Assembly: GCF_049846925.1 (NCBI RefSeq) | Contig: NZ_JBNCMT010000002.1 | Coordinates: forward strand, 7,885-71,884 | DNA length: 64,000 nucleotides | Direction of reading: 5' to 3' | From: Brevibacillus sp. SYSU BS000544 | GTDB taxonomy: Bacteria > Bacillota > Bacilli > Brevibacillales > Brevibacillaceae | Shown here: piece by piece, positions 58,068 to 64,000 of the stretch | How the letters are laid out: each line of letters begins with the position of its first letter | Numbering within the stretch: position 1 is the first letter of the stretch | Position numbers and translations under genes: made by a program | The notes under the pieces: model-generated | Told to the model about the DNA's origin: nothing | Databases searched by the model: none | Seen by the model: the letters and a program-made list of their open reading frames with translations, nothing else

Positions 58068-60104
58068 TCAGGCTTGCGGCAGGCGAATCACCATCGTAGT
58101 GCCACTGCCCTGCTGGCTGTGGACGTCAATTGTGCCACCGTTTTCTTTTATCAGTTGATAGGAAATCGACAATCCTAGTCCGACTCCCTTTTCCTTGGTT
58201 GTATAAAACGGATCAAAAATCCGGTATTTTTCCTCCGTCGAAATGCCATGCCCTTCATCTTCTACCTCCAACACCACTTCATTCCCCTCGTTAAATCCAC
58301 GAATCACCAGTTGTCCTCCTTCTGCCATCGACTCGACCGCATTCAAGATCACATTAATCCAAACCTGCTTCACCTGATTCTGATCCGCATGGATGAACAA
58401 ATTGTCTGCGACCTGGAGACTTACAACGATTTTGCGCTCCTTAATCTTTGGATTGCAGAGGTGCAAAACCGCTTCCAGTAATTCTCCTGAACGGAATCGG
58501 GCCGGGGAAGGCGGCTTGGGTTTGGCATAATCCAATAGATCGGTTACAAGCCCGTTCAAGCGTAATATCTCACTTGGCACCTGCTGTGAGAAGAACTCTC
58601 GGAATTTGGGGTTATCAAATTTGGTAGGCAGAAGCTGTGTATAGGTAAGGATGGAGGTAAGCGGATTGCGGATTTCGTGGGCTACCCCCAGCATCAGTTT
58701 ACCCAGAGAACGAAGTCGGTCCTCCCGCTCTATTTTCTGCTCCATCTCTTTTTGCTCTGTTACATCGAGAAAATTAATAATCGCCCCGGTAATCTCCTTC
58801 GTCATCGTAACAATCGGGTAAATACTGAAGCGAATCACCCGTTGCTGCTTTTGTCCATCGGTCTCCCGCTCCCAAATGGTCTCCTGCTGTGAGCAGGTAG
58901 CTCCAACTGTAAGCACATCGTTGACAACATCGCCAGGGATAAACTTACTGAGAATCGTTTTTTCGAATGGCCGCCCAATCAGTGGCCCGTCCACTCCGAG
59001 ATACAAGATCGCTCTACGATTAACCAGCGACACACGTCCATCCTGTAAAAGTGTGACATAGGAGCTGTAGGTGCTATCTAAAAGCTGCTGCTGGAACTGA
59101 ACGTTTTCCTCCAACAATCCCATTTTCTCCTGAAGCTGCTGATTCATCACGTTTACCTGCTCGGTACGACGCAGCACCTCTTTTTTGAGCATCCGATTCC
59201 ACCAGATCACTACAAGAAAAATCAGTACAATGATGGCCAGTCCCCACTGTAAATAGGTCAAAATCCGCTGCATGCCGGGAGAGCGGGGCATAATGTACTC
59301 TCCAAACCATCGTTGTTCGATTTTGTCATAGGTTCCGTTCTTCTTAATTTTGTCTATTCCCTGGTTGAACACTTTCAGCAGCTTCTCGTTTTGCGGCATT
59401 ACGGCGACACCGTAATCAGTTGGGTCCACCGGGTCACCCACGATTTTGATCTGATCCTGTCGATTGCTCTTTTGCAGAAAATACTGGCCTGTAATCCGAT
59501 TGCCGACGAAAGCTTCTACCTCCCCGTCAAGCAAAAGCTGCACAGCCTCTTCCTGGCTGTGAGTCATAAAGAAGGACGCTTTGTGATGCTCCCGCAAAAG
59601 ATCGCTGGCAATATCGCCTTTTTGGATAGCTACCCGCTTTCCGTCCAAATCCCGAATCTGAAAGATGGTCATATTATCGCTACGAACAAATATCCCTTGT
59701 GAGCTTGTAAAGTAGGAATCAGAAAAATTATACGTCAGATCACGCGTCGGGCTGTACTTCATCCCCTGGATGGCGTCAACCTTTCCGGTCTGAAGTGCTG
59801 TCAGTGCCTCATTCCATGGCAACGGGACGAATTCGATCTTCATCCCCGTCTCAAGCGAAATCGCGTTCATAATATCTACATTGAAGCCACTGTAAACCCC
59901 TGTCTGTGCGAAATATTCAAACGGCGGAAAATTGTTGTCTCCGGCAATCCGAATGACCTTAGCCGGTGGGGTATCGCCTGAAAATGAAAAGGCGGACAGC
60001 AGAATAGCGGATATCACTATACTAAGTTTTATCCATATATAAGGCTTCTTGTTGGTAAACATGTATTTTCCCCTGCCTTTACTTCCCCGACTCATTTCTG
60101 TCAA
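58068..60104 (-). CDS. Sensor histidine kinase with a periplasmic family-3 solute-binding (SBP_bac_3) sensor domain
   Basis: N-terminal TM, SBP3-like domain (IRIAGDNNFPPFEY…), second TM, HisKA (AHEIRNPLTSI) and HATPase_c (GVGLGLSIS). Confidence 0.8.
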   Translation of the reverse strand: MTEMSRGSKGRGKYMFTNKKPYIWIKLSIVISAILLSAFSFSGDTPPAKVIRIAGDNNFPPFEYFAQTGVYSGFNVDIMNAISLETGMKIEFVPLPWNEALTALQTGKVDAIQGMKYSPTRDLTYNFSDSYFTSSQGIFVRSDNMTIFQIRDLDGKRVAIQKGDIASDLLREHHKASFFMTHSQEEAVQLLLDGEVEAFVGNRITGQYFLQKSNRQDQIKIVGDPVDPTDYGVAVMPQNEKLLKVFNQGIDKIKKNGTYDKIEQRWFGEYIMPRSPGMQRILTYLQWGLAIIVLIFLVVIWWNRMLKKEVLRRTEQVNVMNQQLQEKMGLLEENVQFQQQLLDSTYSSYVTLLQDGRVSLVNRRAILYLGVDGPLIGRPFEKTILSKFIPGDVVNDVLTVGATCSQQETIWERETDGQKQQRVIRFSIYPIVTMTKEITGAIINFLDVTEQKEMEQKIEREDRLRSLGKLMLGVAHEIRNPLTSILTYTQLLPTKFDNPKFREFFSQQVPSEILRLNGLVTDLLDYAKPKPPSPARFRSGELLEAVLHLCNPKIKERKIVVSLQVADNLFIHADQNQVKQVWINVILNAVESMAEGGQLVIRGFNEGNEVVLEVEDEGHGISTEEKYRIFDPFYTTKEKGVGLGLSISYQLIKENGGTIDVHSQQGSGTTMVIRLPQA

Positions 60105-60331
60105 CGATATCGACTCTTACTTACAAATGCAAGCAAGAATTGGGCCAATAAGTTCTGTAAAAACTCGACTGGGTTCTTTATTCATATTGACGAAATCTCT
60201 TGAATTATTATAGAGAAAATTGTCCCAAGTAACACAAAAAGAACCCTTGGAAATAAAGGGTTCATTGCTTGAAGTATACATTTCTTAGGATTACATAATC
60301 TAACCTTATTCCATTTGTCAGGGGTGTTTTC

Positions 60332-60860
60332 GATGGCTACTCTTATCTTATGGCTTATGCTTATTCTCTCGTGGCTATCATTACTTTTTATAAATAAACA
60401 TTCTTTGAAGCGTTTTATGCCTGTGGCAATTTTTTCTACACTGCTAGTTACTGTAATTTTTGAAATGGGGTATGCATTCAATTGGTGGACTCTTCTGGTG
60501 AAATTTACACCATGGCAACACTTCATTTCCACTCCATTAGTATTTGGAGGCTTTTTGGCAGGAACCATATGGATATTTCATTTTACTTATGATAAGTCCT
60601 TTTGGATGTATCTTTTGACCAATGTAGTTGTAGATGCTTTTTATGCATTTGGTATCCTTAATCTGTATATATACTTTGGATTGTATCGCTTAGATCGTAT
60701 GGGCAATTGGGGTATATTTATGCTAATGCTCTTTCTAACTTTTGTCATTTATGCTTATCAAAAATGGCAAGACGGCGCACTTAGGAAACGGGCTGCGAAA
60801 AGATGGCAACTAGAAATCGATATCAAGAAACTACTGCTGAGAAAAGAAAAAGCAAGATAA
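60332..60860 (+). CDS. Hypothetical integral membrane protein (5-6 TM helices)
   Basis: Hydrophobic ORF; ATG 60332 with a GGGGTG ribosome-binding site. Confidence 0.45.
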
Positions 60861-61024
60861 CTACCAAAATGACAACAAACGCTGAAATAACCGTACTCTA
60901 TCATATGTAAAGCTAAATGCTGTTAAACAATAAAACCCTTGGATTCTCAAGGGTTTTATTTAGTCTGTTATGGTAGCCCCTATCGTGATAGAATTGAGGA
61001 CTTCTTACATTGCTTGAGTATCAC

Positions 61025-61603
61025 TCAGGACAAACGAATTCCTTCAAATGCGCTAATGACCAATTGCTGCACATAGGAATCGTCTAATTTTTCACCCGTT
61101 ACCAGCAAGCGGTAGAAAATCGGCCCGTAAATGAGATCCGTGCTTAATCCGATATCGAGATCTTTCTTTAATTCCCCACGCTTAACTCCCCGTTCCATAA
61201 GTTGCCGTGCCTCAAGCCGGCGAGGTTGGAAATATCGTGCCTGATATTCCTGTGCTAATCCTGAATCAAACTGCCCTTCCCCTATTAACTCCGTAATGAT
61301 TTTACCCTCCCGACTTGTCAAAAACCGGGCTAAATTCGAGGCATGAAAAAGAATATCATTGAATACTGAACCCGTGTCAGGCACAGGCAGTCTTGTAGTA
61401 GCGGCAGATAGAAAACCATCCATCACCACTGCAGCCTTATTAGGCCACCATTTGTAAATCGTGGCCTTGCTAACCCCTGCTCGTTCAGCAATTTTATCTA
61501 CAGTAACCGCTCCAAAGCCAATTTCCAATAATAATTCATAGGCAGCGGTAAGGATAGACTTTTGCGTTTCAACATTACGCGGACGCCCTCTTTTCCCTTG
61601 CAC
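61025..61603 (-). CDS. TetR/AcrR-family transcriptional regulator
   Basis: Helix-turn-helix AVTVDKIAERAGVSKATIYKWWPNKAAV. Confidence 0.85.
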   Translation of the reverse strand: MQGKRGRPRNVETQKSILTAAYELLLEIGFGAVTVDKIAERAGVSKATIYKWWPNKAAVVMDGFLSAATTRLPVPDTGSVFNDILFHASNLARFLTSREGKIITELIGEGQFDSGLAQEYQARYFQPRRLEARQLMERGVKRGELKKDLDIGLSTDLIYGPIFYRLLVTGEKLDDSYVQQLVISAFEGIRLS

Positions 61604-61644
61604 CTGAAACCTCTCCTTTGGCTACATGTCAATAAAACATAAAC

Positions 61645-61757
61645 TATACGTTCAGTATACGAAAAATCAAATGAAAAGAAAATAAAATCGGTTATTTACA
61701 AAACTGTACGTTCAGTATACTATTTAATTATTATTTAATGAACTGAACGTTCAGTAT
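61645..61757. promoter_or_regulatory. Three operator sites with core ACTG(A/T)ACGTTCAGT in the tetR-MFS divergent intergenic region (one perfect 14-bp palindrome)
   Basis: tatacgttcagtatac (61645-60), tgtacgttcagtatac (61705-20), aactgaacgttcagtat (61741-57). Confidence 0.6.
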
Positions 61758-61823
61758 TTATTTTGCTTTACCAATTGACTCGTACAGCCGCACAATTAGA
61801 AAACAATCACAAGGAGGATTATT

Positions 61824-63026
61824 ATGAAAGTGGAACAAGTGCAAGAAGTTGGCCGCATGTCAAGTAAGATCATATTTCTGTTGGCATCCGCATGCGGTCT
61901 GATCGTTGCCAATCTTTATTATGCTCAAACCCTTGTAGGACCTATCAGTGTTGATACAGGCCTTTCTTCTACAACGGCAGGATTAATTGTCACTTTAACT
62001 CAAATCGGTTATGTTTTGGGGCTGCTGTTTATCGTACCAATCAGCGACATTATTGAAAATCGCCGCCTCACAATAGTATCGCTTACGGTTGCAGTTGGTG
62101 CATTGTTTACAGCCGCAATTGCCCCCAATGCCTCAGTATTCCTTATCGCGTCTCTGTTTATCGGTATTGCATCTGTGGTAGCTCAGATACTGGTGCCTTA
62201 TGCTACCTATTTGGCTTCAGAAGCGCAGCGCGGCCGTGTAGTAGGGAATGTGATGAGCGGCCTCTTGCTCGGAATTATGTTTGCCCGACCAGTGGCAAGT
62301 TTTATAACAAGCATCTGGGGCTGGCGTGCCGTTTTTGTTTTGTCGGCGATTGTGATTGCATTATTGGCAATTCTACTGTCACGTGCCCTCCCCGAGCGAA
62401 AGCCATCGCCTGCGGTACCCTACGGTAAATTAATCACATCTTTAGGTACACTCTTAAAACAATCGGCAGTATTACGCCGCCGAGCCCTATATCAAGCTTG
62501 TTTATTTGGAGCCTTTAGCCTCTTTTGGACTGTGGTTCCTATGAAATTAGCCGATGATTTCGGAATGTCCCAGAAAGGTATTGCATTATTTGCTTTAGTT
62601 GGTGTGGGCGGAGCAGTAGCGGCCCCGATTGCTGGAAGAATGGCGGATAAAGGCTGGAGCAGAGTGTTAACAGGCCTGGCTATGATAATTGCTGCCTTGT
62701 CTTTTCTATTGATCTATCTTTTTCAAAGCCATTCTGCTTTCTCTCTTATCATGCTCTTTCTTTCTGCGATTACACTGGATATGGCTGTATCGGGAAATCT
62801 CGTTCTTGGACAGCGTGTGATTTATTCATTGGGAAGTGAAGCAAGAGGTCGTCTAAACGGGCTATTTATGTCTATCTTTTTTGTTGGCGGTGCTATTGGT
62901 TCGTCTTTGGGCAGTTGGTCTTATTCATACGGGGGCTGGAATTTCACCTCTCTTCTTGGAGTGGCATTACCGATTTTAGCACTACTTTACTTTTTTACCG
63001 AGAAGCGAACTGTTGGAGATAAGTGA
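61824..63026 (+). CDS. MFS transporter (12 TM)
   Basis: Hydrophobicity pattern and a motif-A-like region GRMADKGWSR. Confidence 0.8.
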   Translation: MKVEQVQEVGRMSSKIIFLLASACGLIVANLYYAQTLVGPISVDTGLSSTTAGLIVTLTQIGYVLGLLFIVPISDIIENRRLTIVSLTVAVGALFTAAIAPNASVFLIASLFIGIASVVAQILVPYATYLASEAQRGRVVGNVMSGLLLGIMFARPVASFITSIWGWRAVFVLSAIVIALLAILLSRALPERKPSPAVPYGKLITSLGTLLKQSAVLRRRALYQACLFGAFSLFWTVVPMKLADDFGMSQKGIALFALVGVGGAVAAPIAGRMADKGWSRVLTGLAMIIAALSFLLIYLFQSHSAFSLIMLFLSAITLDMAVSGNLVLGQRVIYSLGSEARGRLNGLFMSIFFVGGAIGSSLGSWSYSYGGWNFTSLLGVALPILALLYFFTEKRTVGDK

Positions 63027-63096
63027 AAACGTAAAAACAAAAAAGCCCTGTTAAACCAGGGCCTTTCTCAACACTCTGAACGGTATCTCTGCTTTG

Positions 63097-63972
63097 TCAC
63101 TTTTCAAGAAACCCTCTTTGCTGCAATAAATCCTTGGTATCGTTCCAAAGCTTGTTTTGCATCATGATATCTCCACCTGGGTGTACAGGCACTATCGAAT
63201 TCCCGGTTCCAACAGTAAAATAGCCACCGGTAACCGCTTGATATCGAGAATCCACAATTAACCGGGTAATAATGTCAGCCCCTCTACGTGGATTTCCGAT
63301 ATGAAGAAAATTCAAGATGCGTTCAAGCATAGGTGCGAACCAGAGTTCACGTCCAAGACCTGTTACATTAAAGCCCGGATTTAATGCATTTACAGTGACT
63401 CCGGTATCATCTAATCGGCGAGCAAGTTCACCTGTAAACATAATGTTAAACAGCTTTGTTTTTCCATATATCGCAGATGACCCTCTATGGGTGAATTCAG
63501 ATGTATCAGTCAAATCCATGGGAAGCTTAAGTTCACCATGATTGCGTGAAGCTTCGGAAGCAACATTTACAACCCTAGCGTTTCCTGCATTCCTTAAAGA
63601 CTGCTGTAATTGAATTGTCAACAACCACGAAGCCAAATAGTTCACAGCTATCATTTCTGCAAACCCCTCTGAGGTTATTCTCTGTTCAAATGCGTGCAGT
63701 CCTGCATTGTTCACAAGTACATCTATTTTTGGATGTGCAGCGCTAATCTCATTTCCGATACGTCTGACATCCTCCATTAAAGCTAAGTCACCATAAAAGA
63801 ATTCCAGTTCTGCTACGGGCACAATATTTTTTATTATGTTCTCAGTTCTTTCAGCCCGTTCCTTGCTTCTGGCTGTCAGCACAAGACGAGTGCCACGCTT
63901 TACCAACTCAATGGCAACAAGATTGCCTAGACCACTTGTTGCACCCGTAATTACAACTGTCGGCATATTCAT
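63097..63972 (-). CDS. SDR-family oxidoreductase
   Basis: TGATSGLG Rossmann motif, NNAG, and a YxxxK-equivalent (YGKTK). Confidence 0.85.
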   Translation of the reverse strand: MNMPTVVITGATSGLGNLVAIELVKRGTRLVLTARSKERAERTENIIKNIVPVAELEFFYGDLALMEDVRRIGNEISAAHPKIDVLVNNAGLHAFEQRITSEGFAEMIAVNYLASWLLTIQLQQSLRNAGNARVVNVASEASRNHGELKLPMDLTDTSEFTHRGSSAIYGKTKLFNIMFTGELARRLDDTGVTVNALNPGFNVTGLGRELWFAPMLERILNFLHIGNPRRGADIITRLIVDSRYQAVTGGYFTVGTGNSIVPVHPGGDIMMQNKLWNDTKDLLQQRGFLEK

Positions 63973-64000
63973 TCTCCTTACTATTGCATCTATACGCTTC

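Noticed and set aside
1-64000. CRISPR arrays, IS elements/transposases, integrases, rRNA genes
   Set aside because: No regularly spaced short direct repeats with unique spacers were seen, and no transposase- or integrase-like ORFs or rRNA-like sequences. The only notable direct repeats are the 303-bp tandem unit and the 42-bp coding repeats of the SHAEG genes.

Overview
This 64-kb window reads as chromosomal DNA from an endospore-forming Firmicute of the Bacillales/Paenibacillaceae type. The evidence is strong AGGAGG-type ribosome-binding sites, a KinB-like sporulation histidine kinase, and secreted proteins carrying a copper-amine-oxidase N-terminal domain. No rRNA, convincing tRNA, CRISPR array or transposase was seen.

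Main content, start to end:
- Housekeeping and accessory genes: PPK2, an AlaX-like editing protein, a MOSC-domain protein, a GNAT acetyltransferase, a soluble chemoreceptor (MCP), DeoD, and an RsuA/RluF-type pseudouridine synthase.
- A Type I restriction-modification locus with HsdM and HsdS but no HsdR.
- A long minus-strand operon: a PucR-type regulator, a TorD-like chaperone, a Tat-exported DmsABC-like molybdoenzyme, a polyferredoxin, then tatA, moaA and tatC. A second DmsB/DmsA-like pair sits beside it, divergently transcribed and lacking a Tat signal.
- A tandem ~303-bp duplication in a convergent intergenic region, with a partial third copy acting as the terminator of the tat/moaA operon.
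- A merR operon with two SRPBCC (Aha1-like) proteins.
- Three tandem paralogous genes encoding proteins built from a 14-residue 'SHAEG' repeat, with conserved caps at both ends. This is the most unusual feature and the best candidate for an undescribed system.
- Two MDR-type oxidoreductase paralogs (one a pseudogene) flanking a secreted beta-propeller protein.
- A 1300-aa secreted protein with many Big_2 domains.
- Two TetR-controlled modules with clear palindromic operators.
- A sigma54-dependent amino-acid/guanidino-compound uptake and catabolism locus controlled by a histidine kinase with a periplasmic solute-binding domain and an NtrC-type regulator.

All calls rest on reading the six-frame translations and the DNA by eye. 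Nothing was searched against a database.
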